Of a DNA stretch of 64,000 nucleotides, positions 52,101-64,000 are shown in pieces. The first letter of the stretch is position 1, and each line of letters starts with the position of its first letter. A model generated the notes under the pieces. It had not been told where the DNA came from. It searched no databases and saw nothing but the letters and a program-made list of their open reading frames with translations. Source of the stretch: Bugula neritina (Eukaryota > Animalia > Bryozoa); the NCBI GenBank assembly GCA_964035545.1, contig OZ037769.1, positions 186,001 to 250,000 on the forward strand, in the 5' to 3' direction. A program made the translations under genes and the position numbers.

Positions 52101-54381
52101 ATGGGCTGACGACTCAGATCTGCATCCTCTGGTGTACCGTCATAACAGCCAATGTATGTGGTGTTCGGGTTATCTGCAGTAACAGCTGTGAATTCTACAA
52201 GTATACACCAGGTAGAGAGTATACACCAGGTAGAGAGTATACACCAGGTAGATAGTATACACCAGGTAGAGAGTATACAGGTAGAGAGTATACACCAGGT
52301 AGAGAGTATACACCAGGTAGAGAGTGTACACCAGGTAGAGAGTGTACACCAGGTAGAGAGTATACAGGTAGAGAGTATACAGGTAGAGAGTGTACACCAG
52401 GTAGAGAGTGTACACCAGGTAGAGAGTATACACCAGGTAGAGAGTTACCTGAAGAGTTGTACACGGAAAGTCTCCCCTCCCCACCACACCTGCCGTACTC
52501 TCCCGTACAGGTAACGTCACACTCACTCGTAGCTCTCTCCAACTTCGGGTTCATCTCGTCTCCACAATAACAACGATTCAGTTGTAGACCGGCAAAGTTG
52601 AAACCTGATCAGTAATATAACTGTTGTATGTGTGCATATATATTACTATATAGTTACATATATAGTAATATATATTACTATGTAAATGTCTATGGTGTAC
52701 ATATATATTACTAGAGTTTAATTTTACTGTTACTAGCATACAAAACCATGTCCTAAAATGTATCTTATTCTAATATGATGTTGCATGTCGCTTTCACCTT
52801 GTTCTGAAATATTTCACTTTGTTCTAAGATATTTTACCTTGTTCATAGCACAGTCTGCTGCATTCATTTGAAGTTAGTTCTAGAGATGATAATATTGGTG
52901 TCTCAATGAAATGATCCAGTATTTTGTCTGTGTAACATCCAACATAACCTTCCTTTGCTGCAAAGTAAAAATAAAAAGTGTATCGTAAATAATCAAGTTT
53001 TATCAAACTAAAACCAATGTGTACAACACACTGCGTACAATCTGTACAACACAATGTTTACAACACACTGTGTACAACACAATGTTTACAACACACTGTG
53101 TACAACACAATGTGTACAACACACTGTGTACAATGTGTACACTGTGTACAATGTGTACAACACACTGTGTACAATGTGTACAACACATTGCATATAATCA
53201 CAACTCCACCAATACAAGCAGAGTACGTTGAACTAGACCTTGTATCTGGTAGACAGAGATATTCCAGAGAGCATACAGAGGGCTGTCACTTCCACAGTAG
53301 CTGTAGTCTCCTGCGCAGGTGAAGTTACAATCTCTTTCATTCAGACTGTGATAGGGCTGTAGTTTGTCTGTACAGGCGCAGTAGTCTCGCATCAGTCCCA
53401 CGTACCGACTAGCAGCTGTAACAACACACAGGTTCTAAGGCTACAAGGTCAAACTACTAACACGTGTGAAGGTTAGTATGTCTATGACGCACTGCACTCA
53501 CTATGTATCAACATTACACACTGTTTCTATCTTTTTATAAGACAAAAATGCAACTTTTAATCCAGGTTGCTAAACTGATTTGCTGACAGCATTCCACACC
53601 CACCATTAGTCTGTGAGCAGAACGCCATGCACTGGGAGACGCTGCCGTTGGACAGCGACATCGCGTGTCCATATCTGAACTCATTTCTTATCATAGAATA
53701 GTTGTAACATCCAAGATAGTCTCTGTCGACTGCAATGTAATTATATCCTGTATATTGAGTAATATAATCATATACTATATACTTGGTAATACGGTATAAT
53801 ATTATATACTATACACTTGGTAATACGGTATAATATTATATACTATACACTTGGTAATACAGTATAATATTATATACTATACACTTGGTAATACAGTATA
53901 ATATTATATACTATAATGCTTACCATTTGCTGAAATGCTTTCTGTTCCACTGGACTCAACTGCAATTATTATGCAAAGTTTTAACAAATCAATTTAAGAC
54001 AAGTAAGATACATTATTTAGTATAATTTGAGTACCCCACGAAATATTCACAGTATACTATTACTATATTATACGTTATGTCAGTTTTGACCTTAACATAT
54101 AGACCCGTACCTCTTGTGTCGTAGACTGAGAGCTGTTCTGCCCCTCCACACATCTGATGTTTATCCCCAACACACTCTATGGAGCACAGTCTACTATCCT
54201 GTTTATAGGGTGGGTATATATAGTTCCCACACTCACATATAGTAGCCTGTAGAGACGCGTAATTGAAACCTACAATAACCAGCTTGGACATTTCCTTGGC
54301 TTTGATATGATATTTCTCTTTTCCATCAAATTTCAGTTTATTAAGGTTATTGAATAACATCTATGTATACATACACACACA

Positions 54382-54461
<80 letters not shown>

Positions 54462-57400
54462 CACATATATATATATACATATACATATATGTATACGTAC
54501 ACATATATGTATATTTATACGTAGTAAGTACACACATATATGTATACATATATGTGTACTTACATGTATATATTTATACATATGTGTATATGTACACGTA
54601 CACACATATGTATACATATATGTGTACTTACATGTATATATTTATACACACCTGAATGCGAACAGAAACCAACACACTGTGTCACTGTATTGTAGCCATT
54701 TTTGAACTCTGTTCGAATTCTATTATATGAGGAGAAAAGCTTCTTGAAGCATCCCTGATAATTCTCCATGCCTACAATAGAAATTAGTGAGTCTACTCTA
54801 CTACCCTACGAGGGTATCTACCCTACCATCCTATGAGGGTCTCTACCCTACTACCCTATGAGGGTCTCTACCCTACTATCCTATGAGGGTCTCTACTATC
54901 CTATGAGGGTCTCTACTCTACTATCCTATGAGGGTCTCTACCCTACTATCCTATGACAGATGAGAGAGATGTGTGAGAGACGCTCACCAAAAGGTGTCCT
55001 GTACATGGAGTTGGTTGTCTTCCCACCACAGCTTTGGTAAAGTCCCAGACATTTATAGCCACACTCGTTGTCTGCCCTTCTTCCAAATGACTTGATAAAG
55101 TTGCTGGTGCAGAAGCATTGAGTTGTGTTCTGTACTCCAGCATAAAAGAACCCTGTGAGAATAATATTCTACGTCAAACATAAACCAACAAACACCCATC
55201 AACACTTCAAACCCACACAGTCCTTCATATCTGAAAACACCTGGTCCCAGGCCAATTTAGATTCTTTAAAACCATTTATAATATCTATTTTTATTTCAGG
55301 TGCCATTTTTTCTACTAATAAAGTGTAACAATATTTTCAATCAACTGTATATATTCATGCAGAAGTATAAACTCACCCTTGTTGGCACAATATTCTACAC
55401 AAGACACCACAACATTGCCTCTACCAAACTCCACAATCCCTTTCTCTGGATAGTCTCTCATTTTATAGCACCCGGCATAGAAGAAGGGTCTTTCTACAGT
55501 TAGAAAAGGGTAGGCTCTTCAGTAAACTACTGGGCCATTCATGTTCAAGTACAGTTCATTGTAATAATAGAATTTAAACATATTGCAAATTCCTTCATTA
55601 CCGTATTTATAATCGGGTGGTACGGAAGTGTGCGCTTCACCTACAAAATAAAAAGTTATTTGTCAAATGGCTTGAACAATGAATAGATTGTTTTTGAAGG
55701 AGTACTTCATGGTTATTCTTTCTTGCATCAACAAATACAAAAATATGGCCAGGTAAATTTACCAACATTCAAAAAATATTGCCAAAATATAATTACAGAG
55801 CTAGTGAGCAAAACTAACATAAAGTATGATGTGTTTAAATTTCTGCTAAAAACGATTAATTGCTCTAACAACTGCTATAAATTACTTTATTAACTGCCAT
55901 AAATTATTCTAATAATCTCTATAAACTAATACATGAATACAAATAAACATCAATATTACACTAGCACACTGGCAACAAGACCAATAGATATCGGTTGCCA
56001 CGAATCAACTACAAATCCTGTGAAAAAGGAAGCAGCTTGCTGGTATATATGTTTGCTGTTACATACTTGAAGGAATATTACTTGGTGAAGGACTGGTAGA
56101 CATGATATCACTTGTCCAGGGAGAAGTTGTCCGCAAACCTGTGACTGAGAAACTGTCCGCTAATAGCAAATAAATACAAATCAACATTACAAGACTCAAT
56201 ACATTTAGTAATACAGTGATAGTCACATTGCCCTGGATAGCTGCTGACTCGAGTGTTTGATCAGTTGACTAGGCTACTAAGAGTTATTGACTAGACTAGT
56301 CACTAGACTCAGTACATCAACTGAAGAACTTAGAATTGCTTGAGTTGACTCAAGTAGTTAATTTACTTTATTCAGATTCAACTTCAGCTAATGGACGTCT
56401 CTCTCTTGAACCAACATATTATAGATTATGATATACAACTACTAAGTCTGGTATTAATCTACTAACTTGTGAGGTAGACGGAGTTGGCTAAATATCCACC
56501 ACATTCATTGCCGTCATCACAACGCATGTCACAAAAACGAGCATCTCCTCTACCATGGCTACCGTAGCTGTCTCCACAGAAACACATAGCTGCCTCTTGT
56601 ATTCCAGCATACTTATACCCTGTGATTGTATAACATTACGTAGCAGTAGTAAAACACTACGTAGCAGTAAAACACTACGCAGCAGTAGTAAGACACTACA
56701 CAGTAGTAAAACACTACACAGTAGTAAGACGCTACACAGCAGTAAAACACTACGCAGTAGTAAAACACTACACAGTAGTAAGACGCTACACAGCAGTAAA
56801 ACACTACACAGTAGTAAGACGCTACACAGCAGTAAGACACTACGCAGTAGTAAAACACTACACAGCAGCAAGAGGAGTAACTTACTAGCCTGTAGGCAGA
56901 AGTTGCCACACGAGTTCACACTTTCCACCCTCCTGGAAGACTCATAGGAGAGATCTCTGGAACCAGATCTGTCTAGATAGCAGCCTACGTAGGTGAAGTG
57001 TGACAGTGACCCTGTTCAACATAATAAGTCAACGTCAGTAAACAAGAACTATTTGTGCGTGCGTGCGTGCGTGTGTGTGTGTGTGCGTGTAGGTAGTATA
57101 GTACAGTATTAAAAGAGGAACTGATTTTTTTGCACAGTCACCTTTGCTATATCCATCTGTAGTAGGAGGTGAAACACTTCTCAGGGGAACACTCAGAATC
57201 GCCTACAGAGAGAAGTGTAGAACACAATTCATTCTCAAAATTATATCAGGAAACAAAACAAAAAAATGAAAAAAATTCTGAGAAACTTTTGTAGCTTCTA
57301 ATAACTTCTGAGAAATGAATTAACTTACAACAACAGCAACGATCACAGCAATGACCTCAACAATAGCTAGTGTGACGGCAGCTGCAATAAGCCATTGAGC

Positions 57401-57784
57401 TCTTCTAACCAGCTTCTTCTTGTAGAATTCCCCGATGCTAGTTTTTCTGGAGGTAAACGCGAAGTAGAGTCCAAAGAAAGCGCAGGGAAGGCAGCAAAAT
57501 GTGGATATGATGCCGGCTATAAACCAGGGTGCTCCAAGACGGGTGCCACCCTGACTATGATGTGCTTGCCCTGAGGGCCCATGAGCAACATACTCATAGC
57601 TTGGATTCTCGTAGCTTAGAGGCTCGTAGCTTAGAGGCTCGTAGCTTGGAGGCTCGTAGCTTGGGGGTCGAGTACCAGGAGCTGCCGAGGCACTCAAGTC
57701 AGTCAGATGTATTGAACTACATGCCAATGAGTCAGATAATGAGCCTGTACCATCCAAAGTGTCCTTTTCATCTATTTTCTCCAT
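43189..57784 (-). CDS. CD225/dispanin (IFITM/PRRT-like) membrane anchor fused to 11 WSC domains (predicted type II membrane protein)
   Basis: Exon 57329-57784 (PPSY repeats, ISTFCCLPC, two hydrophobic segments) ends at a phase-0 GTAAGT donor matching the phase-0 acceptor at 57202. About 27 further phase-1 exons encode 11 WSC units (Y.GCY..C..C..GY.YAGL...C.CG..C..C..CGG..SVY) down to TAA at 43189-43191. The WSC gene is well supported; the fusion is inferred from splice signals. Confidence 0.78.
43750..44660. repeat. 19-bp intronic minisatellite (TACTGTAAYATATACTCAA)
   Basis: ~47 copies; minus strand repeats TTACAG, as in the nearby acceptor. Confidence 0.95.
44833..44940 (-). repeat. 22-bp array containing WSC exon acceptor (GCTGCAG|GATAC)
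   Basis: 5 copies; the last is the in-frame acceptor for GYNYAGL; followed by (TATAG)n to ~45265. Confidence 0.9.
45362..48563. repeat. 3.2-kb 47-bp minisatellite in a WSC intron
   Basis: AAACACAGCCTGAGAGACAGCATTATACTATATCAWAGTATTATTCT x~68. Confidence 0.97.
48958..49456. repeat. 22-bp intronic minisatellite (CATAGYTATACATCTAATAGCA)
   Basis: ~22 copies. Confidence 0.93.
49588..50076 (-). repeat. 28/35-bp array = exon end ACTAACTATATGG + GTATAT donor
   Basis: Real junction ..ACTAACTATATGG|gtatatggtgtaac is reiterated through the intron. Confidence 0.9.
51040..51208 (-). repeat. 57-bp triplication of ~28 nt WSC exon end + donor
   Basis: CTCTGTCTAATACACTGTAATAGTAAAG|GTATATAAT.. with donors at ~51180, 51123, 51066. 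Confidence 0.9.
51788..52044 (-). repeat. 29-bp array starting with the GTTAGT donor
   Basis: Minus unit GTTAGTATTGTAGCTGCACRCTGTATAGR x~9; the first copy is the real donor after ..CTSY. Confidence 0.88.
52200..52445. repeat. 18-bp intronic minisatellite (ACACCAGGTAGAGAGTRT)
   Basis: ~14 copies. Confidence 0.9.
54372..54480. repeat. (GCAC)n/(AC)n/(AT)n compound microsatellite
   Basis: Directly visible. Confidence 0.95.
56638..56870. repeat. 18-bp intronic minisatellite (CAGTAGTAARACACTACA)
   Basis: ~12 copies inside the intron splitting the first WSC domain. Confidence 0.9.
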
Positions 57785-58261
57785 AGCTTACCACTTTCTG
57801 TGTTGGTAGAATGTTTTGAAATGGAAAAAGATAATTTCAACTTCAAATGGCTAATCTAGAAACAAAGCTTTTCTCGACAAGTCCAGCCTGAGTTTATATA
57901 CAGCTGCTTTAACCTAAGTCAGTAAGTGTTTATTTAAAGTGGCAGCATCAAAGTATAGGATTATTACTTAGTCAATAGTTGGTAGTAGCAGCATACAATA
58001 AGCTAGCTATTAGTAGTTACTAATCATTACTAGTTCCAGTTGTTGTTACTTGTTAATAATTACTAAACCAACTATTAACTAACAGCTAGTTTAGTAGTTA
58101 CTAGTAACCGACTAATTTAGTAACTAGTAACTACTAGTTGTTACTAACTGAACTAATAGTAGTAGCTACTAACTAACTCTAAGGACCAAGCTTATCAAAA
58201 TTACATCATGATTATGAAATGTACAATAACAAATACAATACTGAATGCTCAATACCGAATA

Positions 58262-59596
58262 GGGGTAACGGGGGGGGGGGGGGGGGGGGCACAACAGGTC
58301 GAATTTTGCATTTGTTGCTCTCATTCGTCTGTTTTTCAAGCTACTAGTTCAATAATCTCTAGTCTTAATGCTACATCTGTTGTCTATTACAGGTACCAGT
58401 TTGTTGTTTCTATCTTTCTTACAACTTTCAAAATAATGAAATTTTCATGACGAAAAAATCGGCCCATTGTGCCCCGGTACCGGGGTACAATGGGACACAA
58501 CAAATATATTGAAACTTTGCAGATTTTGTTGCATCTGATCTTTATTTATTTAATATTACAAATAAATAAAAACATTCGTTCAGATCTAAAGCAAAATTTA
58601 TGTTTTAGCTGTACAGTTTGTGCCACCACGGATAGCAGGGGAAGGAAAAATCAAACGCACATCACTCGGTTCTACGGTGCCATTATCATTACTGTTTAAA
58701 ACTAAAATGTTTTTTTTTTATTTACACTTCAGAGGAACTTTTATCAGAAAAAAAAAGTTTAGTAACATGTGCTACAAAATTTTGAGTGGACTTTTTTCTA
58801 TGAACTGTAGCTAAGGTGCATGGCTTCGGTTTGTGGCTGGAGTACGGAAGGGAGAGGGGGAGAGCGAATGAGCAAATCACAATTTATTTTAGTCAAATAC
58901 ATACATGTATGTTCCCTCTATGATATAATGTATAATGAATATCATGACTATCTACTAGTAGCAACAGCAGAGTGTTTTGTATTATGTATAAAAAAGCATA
59001 GCTTTAACCTCACCAGATGTATATATTATAGGGGAGCTTCACCTTGTAGTTTTGTAGTCTTATCATGATGTCTTTGATATTTTACAAAAAGGTCAGAAAT
59101 GGCTATATCTATAGGTTTTAGTAACATTTCAACCCACTTTTTGGGCAAACAAACTAATAACAGTGATCAGGGTACAATAATCAGGTGGCCCATTGTGCCC
59201 CGGTCAGCGTGGCCCATTGTGCCCCGGATGGCCAAATTGAACATAAATGTGCCTAGAGGAAAATTTATTTTAGAGTTTGCTGTTATACTAGTTAAGCAAT
59301 GTAGAGACAAGCAATGGTAACAATATCAGTAAAATCTAGGCTTGTTGCCTTTGAGTGTAAAACGTTATAGAGCTTTAACGACATCTTAAAAATTTTACAA
59401 AAAGTAGGTAAAAACAGTTTTTCACTCGCCTTTTCGACACGTATATTTTGCAAGTGTTGAAACTATAATGGCTGAATATTTATGTCAATACCTTTTTATG
59501 AAAAGAAATCACAACTCTAAGTCAATAAGTTCTCTCACAATTTGGCCGGCTTTTTGTACCCCTATGACCGTTGTGCCCCCCCTCCCCCGTTCCCCC
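58262..59596. mobile_element. Non-autonomous DNA transposon (MITE-like) with G-rich TIRs, TA-flanked (Tc1/mariner-pogo-like)
   Basis: Left TA|GGGGTAACG(G)nCACAACAGGTC; right GACCGTTGTGCCCCCCTCCCCCGTTCCCCC|TA; internal reiterated GGCCCATTGTGCCCCGG motifs at 58461 and 59187-59227; no transposase ORF. Confidence 0.75.
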
Positions 59597-60467
59597 TACA
59601 ATTTGAATTACATAACAATAACACTATGAATATGACCAACTGCATCGATATGAATTCGCTTACTTATGAGCGTCAGCGTCTTCTAGTTCTAGCAAATTTG
59701 ACATAGACAATAATTATAAGTGTAACAGTAAAGAAAACCATCTTAAATCATTATTAATTACCTTAAACTTAAGACTGAATCCAAAGTCAGAAGTCTTATT
59801 TACACCCTTCACCTTTGTTTCTCCAGCCGAGATTCGACTGGAAGATACTACCAGTGACAGTATTTAAATCAAAATGAGATTATCTCATGTGCATTTTTCA
59901 CTAGCCGAGTGACTATAATTATAATATCATAATAATCATTATAATAACATGGTTACCGTAATCACTAATCACCATCACTTAACGGTAATGGAGTTCCAAA
60001 AGCTTTGCAGTATCAGTATGTGCGAGATACTGCATAAACGTTGAGTCGAAAAGCAGTGCATGAAGTTTCAAAAGACTAGTCACGAGTGATGTAAACACAA
60101 TAGCTAGTATTCAATACTGTATTGTTATGCTATGAATAGCAAAAACTAACATTAAATAGCAAAATCAATATTATCTTTTCATCAAAAGTACGCAATATAA
60201 AAACAGCATGCGGCATGCTTTTCTAGTTTGGGTGCGATAGCATAAGTTCTTTATGTACGCGTCCTTATACAATTTCATTTGGGTCTGAGGCGTGAGGTTA
60301 TTCATTTGTAGCGAGTGCACGTGATAATATTACAGAAATGTTCAAATTATTTCAAATCCACATTAGCTCAGAAAAAGCAAGCAATTATTACCATCTGCAA
60401 TGTTTGTGCATCTCTTCAAGTATTAAAGTAAAGAAAAAACTCACCAGTATTGCAGTTTCAGTACCTA

Positions 60468-61000
60468 CAGTATTGTATTATAATGTAATATAATACAGTG
60501 TGATACAATATTACAAAATAATATAATGTAATATAATATGATACAATACAAAATGATATTTAACTATATAATACAATATAATATGATGTAATATAACATA
60601 GTAGGCTATAACGAAATGGAATTGATATACTACAATAAAATATGGTGTAATAGAATATATTATAGTGTAATACAATGTAATATAACACAATGCAATATAG
60701 TATAATATGATATAGTATAGTACAACAAAAATGATACAATATAATACAATATAACATGGTGTAATATAGTATACAATATATCATGATATAAATCATAGGT
60801 ATAATACAATAAACTATCAAGCATAATAAATTGCAATATAATATACCATGATACAATACAATGTAGTGTAATACAACATAATGTGGTGCAATATAATATA
60901 ATATATCATAGTATAGTACATAAATATAATATAATATTGTATAATACAATATAAAACGATACAATCTTATACAATGAAGTATAATATATTGCATATATTG
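60468..61000. repeat. Decayed 5-bp-period AT-rich satellite (ATAYA-like)
   Basis: Degenerate periodicity; source of spurious ORF 60560-60994. Confidence 0.75.
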
Positions 61001-64000
61001 TAAAACAGTATCTGTATAAGCAGTAAGCAGGCTAGAAATTATATAAGTCTATTTCAAATCTTCAAAAGATAAAATCAGCAAGTTGTTTTCCATCAAGAAG
61101 TGATGTATAGCAATAATATGTGTCTATTATTATATGTGTCTATAATTCTAATTATAGAAAAGAATTAGATATTCTTTACAATATATCTAACAGCATTTTA
61201 TCATATTGTTTCTAACAGCATTGTATCATACTGTTTCTAACAGCACTTTATCATACTGCTGTGACCAGTTGGAAATCATATAATTTGGATATTAAATTTG
61301 ATGAATGGAAGTTGCAATTCTAATACTGCCCAATATTAAGAAAATGAAGGTGCATGATGTGGCAGGGTTTTCTCATACCTCATACCTCATACCTGAGATA
61401 TTTAGTAACAGGTCAATGTGATTACGCAATTAGTAAGAGTTTGAGTTAGTTACGAGTGATCGAGTGATTAGCAGTGCCAACTGGAGTAACCGCTCACTTG
61501 TTACATACATTTCATACTCAATCATCGTGCATAGAACTTCTCTTTTTGATTGAAGTCTCACCGTTACAGCTTCGGTCTAATTTTTGGAAGAAAATGTTGA
61601 GCTGAGAAATGTCAAATTCCGAGATTACAAGTCAAGGAGTTGTGTTCTCAAACTCTTACTATTCTCCACCTCCCCCCTCCTATGACTGGGCTGTGCATAA
61701 TGGCTTTTCTTTAGCCTTAGTTTTACCTGCGCATAGATTGGACGTGGAAGTAAATGTTTTATAGACAACTTGTTTGGAATAATTTATATATTATTTATGC
61801 GTCTGTAATCTACATTATTTATATATCTATATACTTGTACACCTGTTAACATTCTACATTAGTTATATATCTATATACTTGTATATCTGTTAACATTCTA
61901 CATTATTTATTATATATTTATCTTTATAAACAACTCGTTTAACTTTTTTATCATTTGAACATCTCATGCATTATATATAGACTTACCATCTTTCGTATAG
62001 TATTAATGTGAGTTATTACATAATATATTACTCAAGCAAGCACAAAATAATTTTTATATTAAGAATCAAGCTGTAGCCATGACTTTCTCTAGGGCCACAT
62101 ACATGTATCACTGAGTGTATAATATTACTATTGTCAGATAAGCTCCTATATTGCACAACACTTCCAAAGCAACTAACTACCAATGGCTGTCATATATTGC
62201 CTGATGTAATATCCTGTAGCCCGCCACATGGGTTAGGCCCGATGATCAACAAACAGGTTTACCAGAACAGAGCACAGCCACACAGAAAAGAACGTGTCAC
62301 TGTCCAGGGAAACCAGCAGCACTAACCATATTCTCTGCCTGTCTTACCCTGATACTAATTGCTATTGTGGCAGCTCCAATTGTGGTAAGTGACACATTGA
62401 TTTAGAGCTCATTGTCAATTCACCTCCTAATCCGAATGTTGAATCTTCACACTGTAATACACAATGTGCATGACATGATTACATGTAATCTTACACTGTA
62501 GTATTTATGCCTTGCAGGTGACTAGTTTATTCATATTTCTGAGAGCTTACACGTTCTAGATGTTTGACAGAGGAGAAAATAGGTTTGTGTTTTACGCTTC
62601 TTCAATTTATAAATTACCTCGTTGTATTTAAATTTGCTTCAACTTTAAGTATGCAATATATTTAATAAGACAATAAAATTGATTGCAAACTTAGAGCTGT
62701 ATTAGTGAGTAATAGCTGTTATGCTGTATATTTGGCTAATATCAGTTGCACTATGCTTAAGCAATTGGTAACCATGGTAACCTAGTTGAAAACAAAATAA
62801 ATTGATTTATTCATAAAGTTCCTGAATGATTGCATTATCCTGATTCCTTGTTGCAATTCAGCTTCTCGTGAAATCAGTTTTTCTGTAACCATAGTCTGTG
62901 AAAACAAGGAAACCTTCACCAAAGTGGTGGCTTGGGAGATAGAAAGAGATTCCATCTGCTTGTAGGTCATGTGACATACACACAACTCCACCATGTATCA
63001 CGACTTGAAAGTCAAGTATTACTCAAACTACTAAAATATATAAACTTACTAAGGATGTTACAATGAGCTGCAACTCTTACAGGTCTCAAAGGAGAATCCA
63101 CATGCACACAGCACGTGACTGTATAGCTGAGTAAAGGTGGAACATACTATTGCCATAGTGCAATACATATATTATATTAAATATGCTATATTAAATAGAT
63201 GACTTGTATTGAAAGCTATAGCATTGACAAGAGCTTCTTGCAGCTTTAATACAATCATTAAAGTTTCATGAGAGGTTATAAGTTCAAATCCTAGTGCAGG
63301 GCCATTGATGATGTCAGAGATGGTCACAGGGGAGAAGACTCCAGACTACTAGCAAATAATATGTAACTACTAACGCTACAGATAAGTCATCAACTTATTT
63401 TTTCATACCTTGTAATTCAAGATTCACATTCATATAAATAAATTTCACTAAAATCATGTGCAGTAGTGAGTTGTGAGACGCAAACCAAACTACATTTATT
63501 GTGATATAAATATAAATTAAACATACTTTAAGCTATCAAGGTTAAATAAAGTTAAGATATTGTATCAAACATTAGGATTATGTAACAGTATGAAATATTA
63601 CAAGTTATTAATTTACCAACACTTTTAGTACCATATTGACATTATGGATATTGATAGTATAAAGTCTACCCTAATTACAACCAAATAAAGCAGTGCAATG
63701 TTAATGGTGGAGTGGGATCTCGTTGGTGCATAGCTTCACACAGTATGCTCCAACATTCTGCTAGAAACTCGTATTCTTATCAAACGTGGTGCTTATGTTA
63801 GACTGTTAGTACAGGGTATAGAGTTTTAACACAGGTGACTAGAATATCACTGTATTCTATACTATAGTATATAATATTACACGCTGTATAATATTATATA
63901 CTGTAGTATATACTATTACATGACACAATAAAATACTATGGATTTGTAGACCTTTCTTAATTTTTTATTTTTACAAAAAACTAGTTGAAACTGCAACATC

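Noticed and set aside
55955-56020. Possible extra hydrophobic exon (RFVVDSWQPISIGLVASVL) in the WSC gene
   Set aside because: Runs into a stop without a convincing donor, and flanking exons join in phase without it; kept only as a caveat to the fusion model.
62100-62994. GC-richer patches, short ORFs and an X-box-like GTAACCATGGTAAC at 62768-62781
   Set aside because: Frames are interrupted by stops and no gene could be linked to the motif.

Overview
AT-rich, intron-rich invertebrate (metazoan) genomic DNA; the species cannot be determined from the sequence. I assembled nine spliced genes by hand: RFC2 (-), a RUNDC3A/B-like RUN-domain gene (-), RWDD4 (+), enkurin (-), NOC2L (+), two unassigned genes (-), a caspase-8-like DED-DED-caspase (-), and a ~14.6 kb gene (-) that appears to join an IFITM/CD225 (dispanin) membrane anchor to 11 WSC domains. 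A ~1.3 kb non-autonomous TIR element lies upstream of the last gene. Most long ORFs in the supplied track are read-through of tandem repeats, not genes. The main unexplained pattern: most internal introns carry their own unique, near-perfect tandem array (units 10-57 bp). In at least ~15 cases the unit is a copy of the adjacent exon-intron junction (exon end + GT donor, or AG acceptor + exon start); one array instead repeats a TACTAAC branch motif and one starts at the stop codon. This creates from a few to ~200 decoy splice sites per intron, yet reading-frame homology needs the outermost copy. Promoter-proximal regions instead carry degenerate 6-bp-periodic tracts. Exon coordinates were read by eye and may be off by a few bases.
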